DNA of 64,000 bases, from assembly GCA_965203905.1 (NCBI GenBank), contig CBDBDQ010000005.1, forward strand, positions 5,824,001-5,888,000, read 5' to 3'. The notes beneath the pieces are model-generated. The model did not search any database, was not told the origin of the DNA, and was given only the letters and a program-made list of their open reading frames with translations. This DNA is from Spirochaetia bacterium. GTDB taxonomy: Bacteria > Spirochaetota > Spirochaetia > SZUA-6 > Bin103. Made by a program: the position numbers and the translations under genes. Shown piece by piece: positions 48,921 through 59,175 of this stretch (positions are counted from its first letter, which is position 1; each line of letters starts with the position of its first letter).

Positions 48921-50492
48921 TCAATAGATGCTGTCCAACTGCCAGGCGTCGAGCGACTCCAGCACCGCGGGAGCCCCCTGCGCCCGCAGCGACACGCCGA
49001 GGCTGTCGCCACGCTCGGGATAGACCCGCTCGGCCAGGCACTGGCGGCCGTTGACGAACACCTCCACCACGCTGCGGTCGACGAATACCCGCAGTTGCAG
49101 CTTCTCCTGTGGCGCCAGGCGCAGCGAGGCGGTCTCCGGCGCCCGCGACAGCACGTCCGGGGCGGTCGACGAGTAGGCGTTGTCCAGGGTGACCAGGCTG
49201 TCGCGCGCCATGGTGCCGTGAATGCGGTCGCGGAAGCCGCGTTCGGGGTAGTACCCGAAGCGGGTGAACTCCTCGCGTCCCGGGGAGCGCAGTACGTTGA
49301 GTTCCACCATCGGGGCGCTGCCGGCGTCGATCTCGGCGGCCAGCTCCATGACGTTGCCGCTCACACCGTCCAGCACCACTTCCCGGTTGGCCGGCAGGAC
49401 CGTGCGGCCCACGTGACGGTGGGCGCCGCGCAGCGACTCGACGGCCGCCACCGGCTCCTGGGTGATGGCGTCGCCGTCCACGGTCAGCCGCCGCGGCAGG
49501 GTCATGATCTGGTTCCAGCGGTGAGTCGGCTTGGCCGGGTTCATGTTGAAGAGCACGATCACCCCGCCCTCCCCGTCCGGGGTCGCGGAAGGCGCGTGCA
49601 CGCCGGCCGGATTCGAGGGACCGTGGTTGAACTTGGCGCCGTAGGTCACCACGAACTTGTCGCGCTCCGTGTCGTAGTCGCCGAGCAGGTACTGGCCGCC
49701 GCTCATGTGGCTGTAGAACAGGAGGATGTGGCGCTGCCCTGCGCCGCTGCCGATCGGCCAGAAGTAGGGACAGGCGCCGTCGTCGCCCACCAGGGTGTAG
49801 AGGTCATCCTCCACGAACGGGTGCAGGTACTCCCACGTGGCCAGGTCATCGGAGCGCAGCAGGAAGTTGGCGCGGATCGGCTTGCCGCCGGGTCCGACCG
49901 GGCGGGTACCCGCGGACAGCGAGTAGTAGCGGCCCCCCTGCTTCCAGATGCAGGGATCGAACACCCGGTACGGCTGCGGCGAGCCGTCCGCCTGGCGCAT
50001 GGGGATGACCGGTCCGTTGGTCACCTTCTCCCAGTTGAGCAGCAGCGGGTCGCTGGAGGTTGCCACCATGTTGCCCACCTCGGTGCCGTGGTAGATGGCG
50101 ATGACGCGATCCTCCTCCACCAGCGTGGCCCCGGAGAAACACTTGTCCTCCGGGCTCGGGTAGATGCAGTAGGGCAGATCGCGCCAATGGATCAGGTCGT
50201 CACTGACCGCGTGGCCCCAGTGCTGGCGCGTGTCCTCCGGCGGATACGCCTGGTAGAACAGGTGCCAGCGTCCCTGCCAGAAACACAGTCCATTGGGATC
50301 GTTGAGGCTGGCCTCGGGATTGACGTAGTGGTACTGCGGGCGATGCGGATCCCCGGAGTAGCCGGCACGGGAGGCGTGCAGCCGCTGCAGCAGCGGATTC
50401 TCGGCCAGGGCCCGTTCCTGCTCTTCCAGAGTGGTCGGGAACGTGTGGAACGGCACCTTCGACTTGGGGTGTACTTGAAAATTGGCACTCAT
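48921..50492 (-). CDS. GH32-family protein (atypical active site)
   Basis: [42 protein letters not shown]. Confidence 0.88.
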   Translation of the reverse strand: MSANFQVHPKSKVPFHTFPTTLEEQERALAENPLLQRLHASRAGYSGDPHRPQYHYVNPEASLNDPNGLCFWQGRWHLFYQAYPPEDTRQHWGHAVSDDLIHWRDLPYCIYPSPEDKCFSGATLVEEDRVIAIYHGTEVGNMVATSSDPLLLNWEKVTNGPVIPMRQADGSPQPYRVFDPCIWKQGGRYYSLSAGTRPVGPGGKPIRANFLLRSDDLATWEYLHPFVEDDLYTLVGDDGACPYFWPIGSGAGQRHILLFYSHMSGGQYLLGDYDTERDKFVVTYGAKFNHGPSNPAGVHAPSATPDGEGGVIVLFNMNPAKPTHRWNQIMTLPRRLTVDGDAITQEPVAAVESLRGAHRHVGRTVLPANREVVLDGVSGNVMELAAEIDAGSAPMVELNVLRSPGREEFTRFGYYPERGFRDRIHGTMARDSLVTLDNAYSSTAPDVLSRAPETASLRLAPQEKLQLRVFVDRSVVEVFVNGRQCLAERVYPERGDSLGVSLRAQGAPAVLESLDAWQLDSIY

Positions 50493-50565
50493 GGTCGCGC
50501 TGCACCTTACGCCTATCGCCCCAACGCCGCAACGCAGCATTCAGACACGGTCGGGTGGCGGGCGG

Positions 50566-51450
50566 TCAATCGCCGTCGCCGCCCAACTCCGCCAGCCGGC
50601 GCTCCAGTTCCGCGATGCGTTCCTCAGCCGCGGCACGAGCCGCCCGCTCTCGCTCCAGTGCCGCGTCCTTCGCTGCGCTCTCCCGCCTCATCCGCCCCCA
50701 CGTCTCCGCCACCTCGTCCTCCAGCGCCATCGAGTCCGCCACCTCCACACTCGCCACCGCTCCCTCCAGCCGCCGCAGCACCGGCGCGTAGATCTCCGGT
50801 ATCTCCCGCTCGTCCACCTCCAGCACGTGCCGATCACCCGGCACCCGCAACTCCTGGTCGAACACGCTCAGCAACCGCTCCAGGTCCGACCTCCGCCGCG
50901 ACGCCAGCAACGGCACCTGCACCACCCAGCAGTCGTGGCTCAGCGCTTCCACGAACTCCTCCCGCTCGCTCAGCCGCTCCCCGCTCACCCCGTCCACGTA
51001 CTCCCGCGCCACCCGCAGCACCGTCGTCGCCGTGCGCGGCAGGCATTCCCCCAGGATGTAGATCGCGCGCAGCGGCCGGTGCCGTCGCCGCCCGTCCGCC
51101 CCCTCGTCGTAGTTGTCGCGGTCCGCGTAGTGGCGGCCCAGATACTCGCGGAACCGCATCACCTCGTCGGTGAAGCGCGCCTTCTGCACTTCCACCAGCA
51201 CCCGCAGCCGCTCACCAGTCGCCGTGCGCACCGTGGCCGCGAAGTCCACCCGTCGCACCGTCAGCAGCGCCCCGGACGGCGGCTCACCCGGTGCCGTCGC
51301 CGGCGACGACCGCGCCGCGCGCTCCTGTGGCAGCGCCTCCAGGCTCACCACTTCCTCGCCCAGCACGGCCCCGACCAGCAGCCGCGCGGCAGCGTGGTCG
51401 TCCATCAGGTACTTGAAGGCAGCGTCGTACATCGGGTTGGCGATCCGCAT
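50566..51450 (-). CDS. Rpn-like PD-(D/E)XK nuclease / putative transposase
   Basis: IANPMYDAAFKYL, RRVDF, LVEVQKA, RFREYLG; coiled-coil tail. Confidence 0.75.
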   Translation of the reverse strand: MRIANPMYDAAFKYLMDDHAAARLLVGAVLGEEVVSLEALPQERAARSSPATAPGEPPSGALLTVRRVDFAATVRTATGERLRVLVEVQKARFTDEVMRFREYLGRHYADRDNYDEGADGRRRHRPLRAIYILGECLPRTATTVLRVAREYVDGVSGERLSEREEFVEALSHDCWVVQVPLLASRRRSDLERLLSVFDQELRVPGDRHVLEVDEREIPEIYAPVLRRLEGAVASVEVADSMALEDEVAETWGRMRRESAAKDAALERERAARAAAEERIAELERRLAELGGDGD

Positions 51451-51533
51451 CGCTTCAGGTTAATTCGCCGCCCGCGGGTCGGCAAGCGACCGACGTTCGG
51501 AACCGGTCGTTGCCGGGACCGTTCATTGAGGGA

Positions 51534-53531
51534 CTAACCGACGAGACTTCCGCTCCGATCCAGCGCCGCGACGACCATCAGACAAGCCTCCCCGCGCGTC
51601 AACGGGCGCGCGTCTCCGGCGCCGGCATCGTGGGTGGCGGTTGCCGGCTCGCCAGCGCGAAATTCCGAGCCGCGGGAGCGTGCGGCCGTCGTCAGCAAGG
51701 CCCCGAACCGCGCCCGGTCGACGCCGTCGTCGCCGTGTCCCGATGGACGTTCTGCCGCGCTCGCCCGGTATACCGCGCGCGCCGTGGCCATGGTGGCGCG
51801 ATCGGCGTCGGCTCCACGCGGCGGACCCGCCAGCAACTCGCCGCAGGCGCGCGCCCACACCTCCGCCACCGCCGCGCTCAGCGGATCGCCGGGCCGGGCA
51901 TCGTAGTCGGCGAAGAATCCACGGGTGCCCAGGTACTGGACCGCCGGCACCCACGGCGCGGCGGTGGCCATGTCGAAGTCATTGAAGAAGCTGACCATCA
52001 TCGGCGCGGCCACCAGGCGCCGCACCAGCAGGTCCGGGTCCAGGTCACCGGGTGCGGTGCGTGTCTCCCGGGCCAGGGCACACGCAAAGCCGGCGGCCTC
52101 ACCGAGCTGCATGAACACGCTTTCGAGCCGGATCGTGCCCCACCCTACATGGGTCGCCGAGACACAGAGCGGCACCAGCAGGTTGACCAGGCGGCGATCC
52201 AGCAGACATCGAAACGGCACCTGCCCCGGCCGGGTGATCTCGCTGAGCAGGATCAGCCCTTCGCCGTCGCTGCCCGGAGTGGTTTCCTCGGAGACCTCGT
52301 GCGAATCCATGAACCACTCGGTGACCGCCACCGCATCGGCGTGGATCGGCGTGCGCGCGATGCCGCGCGCGAGCGATCCGTCATGCTCGGTGAATACCGC
52401 GCGGCCGCGGATGCGGCGCGCCTCGCGCACGTACAGCTCGTAGGGAACGTGATCGTTGTCGGCGAACTCGTCCGCCGCCAGCCCCCACCGGCGCGCGTCG
52501 GCACGCACTTCTGCCGGCACCTCCGGGTCGTTCTGCAGGAACCAGACCAGCCCGATATGATAGTCGCGGTAGCGGTCGACGATGGCACGCCGTTGCGGCC
52601 AGTCGGCATCGGGGTAAGCCCAGCCCTCGCCGATGTAGTTGGTCCACCAGTTGGCCTTGGCGTTCGGGATCGGGTTGCCGCGGATGCGCGGCCAGCGCCC
52701 CCGGAAACGGCGCAGGAAGTAGCCGCGGTCGTAACGTGCCGGGCGCGGCGGCTGGTGCTGGTTGGCCGGGTCGCGCGACATGCACAGCCGCAGGTGGTAG
52801 GACTGCACCTTGTGGTCGCCCGCGCCGGTGCTGCCGGCGAAGATCTGCGTGTTGATGCTCTGGAACGGCCGCAGGTTCAGCGCGCCTTCCACCGCGGCGC
52901 GCGGGTAGGTCGCGACCCCGTCGTTGTTGACCCGCACCGAGAGGATTCTCCCCGCGTGCGGCTCGCCGAACTCGTTGCGGTCCTCGCGTCCCACCCGGTA
53001 CGGCACTCCCGCCTGTGCCGCCAGGTCGGCGGTATAGGTGGCGTCGACGAACAGGTCGGCGGCCAGCCGCTGCCGTTGCTGGCCGCCATCCCGGCACAGG
53101 TGCACGGCGAAAACCCGATCGGCGTTGCGCTCCACGCCGTCCACCAGCCAACCCCGCATCACCGCGATCGCCGGCTGTTCGGCGAGCAGTTGCTCGAGCA
53201 CCGCCTCGGCGACATGCGGCTCGAAGGTGAGCCGATTGCCGGACGAGGTGCGGTCACCCGGCAGGCAGGTGCGATATTGGGGCGACTCCTCGCCGTACCG
53301 CTCGCGGTAGTAGTCCTTGATACGGTCGCAGATTTCGTCGTACAGCGGCGCGCGGCGGCCGTCGTACTGGGTGTCCATGACGCCGATGCCGGAGGACAGC
53401 ATGCCGCCGACATGCCGGTCCTCGGAGACCAGCGTTACCGAGAGCCCTTCCCGCGCGGCGCGCACCGCGCAGGTGATGCCGCACGGCGACGAGCCGATGA
53501 CGACCAGGTCGGGCTCAGCCGTCCCGGGCAC
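51534..53531 (-). CDS. FAD-dependent oxidoreductase (PF12831-like)
   Basis: DLVVIGSSPCG, GGMLSSG, FVDATYTADLA, YRVGRE, LYVREARR, NLLVP.CVSATHVGWGTIRLE. Confidence 0.88.
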   Translation of the reverse strand: MPGTAEPDLVVIGSSPCGITCAVRAAREGLSVTLVSEDRHVGGMLSSGIGVMDTQYDGRRAPLYDEICDRIKDYYRERYGEESPQYRTCLPGDRTSSGNRLTFEPHVAEAVLEQLLAEQPAIAVMRGWLVDGVERNADRVFAVHLCRDGGQQRQRLAADLFVDATYTADLAAQAGVPYRVGREDRNEFGEPHAGRILSVRVNNDGVATYPRAAVEGALNLRPFQSINTQIFAGSTGAGDHKVQSYHLRLCMSRDPANQHQPPRPARYDRGYFLRRFRGRWPRIRGNPIPNAKANWWTNYIGEGWAYPDADWPQRRAIVDRYRDYHIGLVWFLQNDPEVPAEVRADARRWGLAADEFADNDHVPYELYVREARRIRGRAVFTEHDGSLARGIARTPIHADAVAVTEWFMDSHEVSEETTPGSDGEGLILLSEITRPGQVPFRCLLDRRLVNLLVPLCVSATHVGWGTIRLESVFMQLGEAAGFACALARETRTAPGDLDPDLLVRRLVAAPMMVSFFNDFDMATAAPWVPAVQYLGTRGFFADYDARPGDPLSAAVAEVWARACGELLAGPPRGADADRATMATARAVYRASAAERPSGHGDDGVDRARFGALLTTAARSRGSEFRAGEPATATHDAGAGDARPLTRGEACLMVVAALDRSGSLVG

Positions 53532-55557
53532 GGTCGAGGACCGCCATGATCACTCGTGCCGCCTGTCCACGCAGCAGCGGACCGGCCGCGGACGGCACCG
53601 CGGCGGCGGCCAGCAACTCGTGCGTTGCCGCCGGCGGCGACTCGGTGCCGCAGCCTGCTCCATTGTGCCGGACAGCGATGCGCCGGGCGGCGATCTGCCT
53701 GGCCGCGCGTTCGGCGAACCACTCCGCCGTGACCGCGTCGCCCGAGTCCGGCGGCACCTGGCGCGCGACCTGCGAGGGGTTGCTCGTGCCGCCATCTTCG
53801 CCGCTGTCGAGCCAGTACCCGATTGCGCGCACCCACGCCGCGGCCACCCCTGCGGTCAGTGGCTCCAGGGGACGAGCGTCGTAGGAGTTGAAAAACCCGC
53901 GCACCGCAAGCCGTTGCACCGCCTCGAACCACGGCGCGCGAGCGTCCTCCAGGGCGTCGTTGAAGAAGCTGATGCGCGTTCCCTGCGCCAGCAGCCGCCG
54001 TTGCAGCCGATCCACGTCGACCTCGGCGACGAGGCCGTGCCCGTCCTCGGCCGCGAGCCGGCACGCCACCGCGCTCGCCTCCCCCAGCGGCATCCAGGTC
54101 GGCTCCAGGCGAATCGTGCCCCAGCCGACGTGCGAGGCGGACAGGCAGACCGGCACCAGCAGGTTGTCGACCTCGCGTGGCAGCAGCGCCCGGTACGGCA
54201 CCTGGCCCGGCCGGGTCACCTCGCTGAGGAGGATCTTGCCCTCCCGGTCGCTGCCGGGGACCGTCTCCCAATGGCACTCGTGCGAGTCCATCGGCCACTC
54301 GGTGAAGCCGACCGCATCGGGGTGGATCGGCGCCCGCTCCAGGCCGCGCGCCAGCGTGCCGTCGTGCTCGGTGAACACCGCCCTGCCGAGCAGCCGCCGC
54401 GTCTCGCGCGCGTACATCTCCCACGGCACGTGGTCGTTGTCGGTGTAGGCAGCGCCGTCGAGCCCCACCAGCGACGCATTGGCGCGAATCGGTTCCGGCA
54501 CCTCCGCGTCGTGCTGCAGGAAGTGGAGCATGCCCAGCGCGAAGTCACGATGCCGGGCGTAGACACGGCGCCTCTCTTCCCAATCGCCGTCGGGATAGGT
54601 CTCGCCACCCTCGGGCAGGTTGGGCCCGTTCCAGCCGACCGTCGACCTGCCGGCGCCGGATCCGGGGTTGCCGCCGAAGCCCCAGCGGTCGCGCAGCGCC
54701 AGGAACAGCGCGCGCGGATACCAGTCCGGCCGCGGCGGCGCCACCCGGCGTGCCGGGTCGCGGGTCAGCGACAGGCGCATGTTGTACGCCTGAATCGCGC
54801 GGTCGCCTTCACCGGTCGAGCCGGCGAACAGCTCGCCCGTGATGGCGAAGAAGGCACGCAGGTTGAGCACACCACTCACCGCGGCGTGCGGATAGGTCGC
54901 CACCCCGCCGGGGGCCCGCTTCAGGGAGGTGAACACGCGGCCGGCATGCGGCTCGCCGTATTCCTCGCGCCCCTCGCGGCCCACGCGGTAGCTGACTCCG
55001 GCGCAGGCCGCCAGGTCCGCCTCGTAGGAGGCATCGACGAAACTCGGTGCCGCATGGCGCGCCGCACCCGGCGTCGCCGCACCCCGGCGCCGTGCATCGC
55101 TCCCCTGCCCTGCATCCGGGTACGGCGCCGTCCACAGCGCGAGGATGCGGCGCCCGGCGCGCTCGACCGCCACCGGGACCACCTCGCGCAGCAGGCGGAT
55201 CCGTTCCTCGTCCGCGACCATCGCCTCCAGCACCGTCTCCGCGTCGCGCGCCGCGAACTGCGGCCGCCCGCTGGACTGCCGCCGCGAGCGCCAGTGAGCC
55301 GCCTCGTGCTCGGGCGACCCGTCCCCGTACACACCCCGGCAGTGCTCGACGATCCGCCGATGCAGCTCGTCGAACAGCGGCGCCCGCGCTCCCTCGTAGA
55401 GGGTGTCGAAGGTGCCGAGCCCGTTGGCCAGCATGCCGCCGAGGTGCCGGTGATGGTGCAGCAGCAGTACCTCGGCACCGTCGCGGGCGGCGCGCACCGC
55501 GCAGGCGATGCCGGCCGGCGTCGCCCCGTAGACAATCAGATCGTGTTCTCCCTTCAC
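53515..55557 (-). CDS. FAD-dependent oxidoreductase (tandem paralog)
   Basis: DLIVYGATPAG, GGMLANGL, FVDASYEADLA, GWGTIRLEP; start VKGEHDL. Confidence 0.88.
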   Translation of the reverse strand: MKGEHDLIVYGATPAGIACAVRAARDGAEVLLLHHHRHLGGMLANGLGTFDTLYEGARAPLFDELHRRIVEHCRGVYGDGSPEHEAAHWRSRRQSSGRPQFAARDAETVLEAMVADEERIRLLREVVPVAVERAGRRILALWTAPYPDAGQGSDARRRGAATPGAARHAAPSFVDASYEADLAACAGVSYRVGREGREEYGEPHAGRVFTSLKRAPGGVATYPHAAVSGVLNLRAFFAITGELFAGSTGEGDRAIQAYNMRLSLTRDPARRVAPPRPDWYPRALFLALRDRWGFGGNPGSGAGRSTVGWNGPNLPEGGETYPDGDWEERRRVYARHRDFALGMLHFLQHDAEVPEPIRANASLVGLDGAAYTDNDHVPWEMYARETRRLLGRAVFTEHDGTLARGLERAPIHPDAVGFTEWPMDSHECHWETVPGSDREGKILLSEVTRPGQVPYRALLPREVDNLLVPVCLSASHVGWGTIRLEPTWMPLGEASAVACRLAAEDGHGLVAEVDVDRLQRRLLAQGTRISFFNDALEDARAPWFEAVQRLAVRGFFNSYDARPLEPLTAGVAAAWVRAIGYWLDSGEDGGTSNPSQVARQVPPDSGDAVTAEWFAERAARQIAARRIAVRHNGAGCGTESPPAATHELLAAAAVPSAAGPLLRGQAARVIMAVLDRARDG

Positions 55558-55568
55558 CCGGCGCCCCC

Positions 55569-56459
55569 TCAGCCCTTCACCGATCCCACCATCACGCCCT
55601 TCACGAAGTACTTCTGAATGTAGGGGTACACCAGCAGAATCGGAACCGTGGTGACGATGATCGCCGCACACTGCACCGTGAACCCGGGCGGGATATCGTC
55701 GAACTCGGCCAGTCCGTCGCCGCTCAGCTCGACGTTTGCAGCGGACGCCATGATCTGCCGCAACATCAACTGCACCGGCCACTTGCGCGAGCTGTTGATG
55801 TAGATCACCGCATCGACCCACGAATTCCAGTGCTGCACCGCGTAGAACAGGGCGATGGTAGAGATCGCCGCCATGCTCAGGGGAATCACGATGCGGAACA
55901 CGATCTGCAAGGTATGGGCGCCGTCCATCACCGCGCTCTCCTCGATCTCGGCGGGAACACTGAAAAAAAAGTTGCGCAGCAGCAGGGCATACCAGGGATT
56001 CACCAGGATCGGAATCACCAGCGCCCAGACGGAGTCGATCAGTCCGACCGAGCGCACCAGGAAGTAGGTCGGAATCAAGCCGCCACTGAACAGGATGGTG
56101 ACGAAGATGAAGAAGGTGATGCCCTTGACGTACGGCAGCCGCGTCTTCGACAGGCCATACGACAGCAGCACGGTCACCAGCATGTTCAGAAGTGTGCCGA
56201 CGACGACCCGGAACAACGTGATTCCATAGGCGCGCACGATCTGCCCCGATCCGCCCAGCAGCATCCGGTACGCGTCCAGCGTCGAGTCGCGCGGCGGCAG
56301 CAGGTTGACGCGCGCCGCGGCCGACGTCAGGTTGCCGACGAACGAGTTCACCAGCACGTTGTAGATCGGAAACGCGAACAGCAGGGCCACGATGCTCAGG
56401 AACACGTAGTTGGCACCCTGAAACAGCCGCTCGCCGCTGAGCTGGCGCGTGCCTACCAC
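55569..56459 (-). CDS. Carbohydrate ABC permease (LplC-like)
   Basis: LFSGGLIPTY, IEESAVMDGA, AVQHWNSW, YPYIQKYFVKG...GSVKG. Confidence 0.92.
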   Translation of the reverse strand: MVGTRQLSGERLFQGANYVFLSIVALLFAFPIYNVLVNSFVGNLTSAAARVNLLPPRDSTLDAYRMLLGGSGQIVRAYGITLFRVVVGTLLNMLVTVLLSYGLSKTRLPYVKGITFFIFVTILFSGGLIPTYFLVRSVGLIDSVWALVIPILVNPWYALLLRNFFFSVPAEIEESAVMDGAHTLQIVFRIVIPLSMAAISTIALFYAVQHWNSWVDAVIYINSSRKWPVQLMLRQIMASAANVELSGDGLAEFDDIPPGFTVQCAAIIVTTVPILLVYPYIQKYFVKGVMVGSVKG

Positions 56460-57430
56460 AACCCCGCCTCCCCCCAGCGCTTGGAGAACCGGTTGGCCAC
56501 CACCACCAGGGCCAGCGCGATTACCGACTTGAACATCCCGGCCGCCGCCGCGTAGGAGTAGTTGAAGTTGATCAGACCCTCGCGGTAGACGTAGGTGTCG
56601 ATGATGTCGCCGGTCGAATACACCGCCGGGGAATAGAACGCCAGGATGTGATCGAAGCCGACATCCAGGATGCGGCCCATGCGCAGGATGAAGATGATGA
56701 TGATCACGGGGAGGATGCCGGGGATGGTGATCTGCCACACCTCCTGCAGCTTGGAAGCGCCGTCGATCCGCGCCGCCTCGTAGAGATTCGGGTCGATGTT
56801 GCTCATCGCCGCCAGGTAGAGGATCGAGCCCCAGCCGGTGGCATGCCACACCGTGGTGGCGACGATGATCGCCTGGAACATGCCTGGCTCGGCCAGAAAG
56901 TGGATCGGCTGCCCGCCGCCGCTCTTGATCAGCAGGTTCACCAGCCCATTGGTCGGACTGAGCAACGCATAGGTGAGGCTGTAGACCACCACCCAGGACA
57001 GGAAGTGCGGCAGGTAGGAGATGGTCTGCACCGTGCGCTTGAACGCGCTGACGCGTACCTCGTTCAGCAGCAGGGCGAGGATGATCGGCGCCGGAAAGCC
57101 GAGCACCAGTTGCTGCACGCTGATCGAAACGGTATTGCGCAGGACCGGTAGAAAGTAGTAGCCGCTGAACAGCCGCTGGAAGTACTTGAACCCGGCGAAG
57201 CTGCCGCCAAAAAAGATCTCCTGCGGGCCGCCGAACGGGTTGAAGTCCTTGAACGCGATGATCACGCCGTACATCGGCACGTAGCGGAACAGCACGAAGA
57301 ACAGGAGCGCCGGCAGCATCAGGAAGTAGATCCAGCGATGCTGCCGCAACAGCGCCAGCCGGCGCCGCCGTTTCGCTCCGCGCTCCGCGCGCCGCTGCGC
57401 GGTCGCAGGAATGGCCGGTGCGGTACTCAA
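56453..57430 (-). CDS. Carbohydrate ABC permease (LplB-like)
   Basis: YVPMYGVIIAFK, SYLPHFLSWV, LYEAARIDGA, DIIDTYVY. Confidence 0.92.
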   Translation of the reverse strand: MSTAPAIPATAQRRAERGAKRRRRLALLRQHRWIYFLMLPALLFFVLFRYVPMYGVIIAFKDFNPFGGPQEIFFGGSFAGFKYFQRLFSGYYFLPVLRNTVSISVQQLVLGFPAPIILALLLNEVRVSAFKRTVQTISYLPHFLSWVVVYSLTYALLSPTNGLVNLLIKSGGGQPIHFLAEPGMFQAIIVATTVWHATGWGSILYLAAMSNIDPNLYEAARIDGASKLQEVWQITIPGILPVIIIIFILRMGRILDVGFDHILAFYSPAVYSTGDIIDTYVYREGLINFNYSYAAAAGMFKSVIALALVVVANRFSKRWGEAGLW

Positions 57431-57476
57431 GCCGCGTGCGCTAGCCGGGCGTGGCGCGCACGGGTCGGCATTGCGA

Positions 57477-59027
57477 TCAGTTCAGGGCGCCCGATGCCAC
57501 GTACGCTTCGGTCAGCAGCTTGTTGAGGCGCTGCAGGCCGATCTTGTCGAGATCCTCCAGGAACTGGTCGTACTCGGACAGCGGACGGGTGCCGAGAATG
57601 AACTTCAACGTCTCCTCCTCGACCATGCGATCGAGGTCCGAACGCTGCACTTCCTCCTGCACCGTGGCCCAGTCGACGATGACGTTGTGCAGGGCAGACT
57701 CCTTGGCGCGGCGGAAGTCGAACATGCCGCCGTCGCTGAACTGCCCGCGCTCGAAGATGTAGTCGTAGATCATCCCCAGTGCCGGGTTGTCCGAGCCGAG
57801 GGCGAACTTGTCCGAGAGGACGGTCATCGACAGCGAGGTGCCGCGCACGAACTCGCCCTGGTAGCGGCCGGTACCGAGCCGGTCGAGGGTGTTGATGATG
57901 CCGAAGTCGGGCTCGCGCGTACCCCACTCGTAGTCCTTGCCCTCGATCCCGTAGCGCAGCAGCGCGTACGCGTCGTAGCCCGAGTAGGCGTAGTCGAGGA
58001 ACTCCATGGCGGCCTCCGGCTCCTGGCTGGAAGCGGTGATCATTACCGCGCCGCCGGTGTTCTGGGGGTAGGCGGTCTCCGCCACCCCCTTGGGGCCGCG
58101 CAACTCGGGTGCCATCAGGTAGCGCGCGTTGGGGTCCATTTCCGCGAGCTGGGCGCTGGCGGTATGGGTGACCGACGAGTACCAGGCGCCGACCACCGGC
58201 ACCACTCCGCTGGCCACGTGCGCGCGCATGTCGGTCATCTTGATGTTGAAGAAATCGGGGTTGATGTAGCCGGCCGCGAACCAGTCGCGCATCAACTCCA
58301 GGTACTCGCGGTACCCCGGATCCTCGACCGAGTGGCGGATCGAACCGGTGCTCGTGTCGTACCAGTTCGGCCAGCCGGCCTCGAGATAGCCGGCGGCCAA
58401 GGTCATGTTCATGCCGCGCAGGTCCATCAGCATCACGATGGTGTTGCCGTTGCCGGCCGGATCCTCCTGCTTGAAGAACTCCAGCAGGTCGCCGAGCTCG
58501 GCGATGGTGGCGGGCACCGGCTTGGCGTAGCGCTCCAGCCAGTCGGCACGGATCCAGACCGGGTTGGCGAGCCGTGCCGAGTTGTTCGGGATGCCCCAGA
58601 TCACCCCGTCGGCATCGGTCACGGTCGGCCACAGGGAGGGCCGCAGCCACTCGCGGATGTTGGCGCCGTGAGCGTCCAACAGGTCGCCGATCGGGCGGAT
58701 GACGTTGCGCGCGCTGAATTCGGGCCACGAGTCCTTGAACGTGTCGAGCCGCTCGCCGGACGAGAGCAGCAGCGCCAGTTTCTCATCGGCCTGCTGGCTC
58801 GGCGAGAAGATCGAGTGCGGGCGGATGCCGATGCGCTTGACCACCTCCTCCTGGATCTCCTCCAGCGCCTCGGGCGTGGACGGCTGCGCGTTCGACGTGC
58901 TGAAGATGTAGACGTCGCGGATTGCCGGCTCAGCCGAACCCTCCGCATCGGCGGCGGCGAACGCCGCCATCGGCGCCAGCAGCGCCGCGGCGATGGCGAC
59001 AATCAGGGCCTTCGAGATTCGTTCCAT
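57477..59027 (-). CDS. Extracellular solute-binding protein
   Basis: Signal peptide; WIRADWL, QEDPAGNG, GYINPDF, YGIEGKDY, FILGTRPLSEYD. Confidence 0.9.
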   Translation of the reverse strand: MERISKALIVAIAAALLAPMAAFAAADAEGSAEPAIRDVYIFSTSNAQPSTPEALEEIQEEVVKRIGIRPHSIFSPSQQADEKLALLLSSGERLDTFKDSWPEFSARNVIRPIGDLLDAHGANIREWLRPSLWPTVTDADGVIWGIPNNSARLANPVWIRADWLERYAKPVPATIAELGDLLEFFKQEDPAGNGNTIVMLMDLRGMNMTLAAGYLEAGWPNWYDTSTGSIRHSVEDPGYREYLELMRDWFAAGYINPDFFNIKMTDMRAHVASGVVPVVGAWYSSVTHTASAQLAEMDPNARYLMAPELRGPKGVAETAYPQNTGGAVMITASSQEPEAAMEFLDYAYSGYDAYALLRYGIEGKDYEWGTREPDFGIINTLDRLGTGRYQGEFVRGTSLSMTVLSDKFALGSDNPALGMIYDYIFERGQFSDGGMFDFRRAKESALHNVIVDWATVQEEVQRSDLDRMVEEETLKFILGTRPLSEYDQFLEDLDKIGLQRLNKLLTEAYVASGALN

Positions 59028-59175
59028 TGCTCACTCCCATCAAGTGGTTGATCGCTGCGAGCGTGGCCCACGCCTGAACTGGCGTCAAGCGAGCCTCGGC
59101 CTCGGTCTGAGCGTCCGCACCGCCCGGTACAGGAAGGTGCAAATCTGGTAGGCTGCCGGCGGAGTTTGTGATCAA

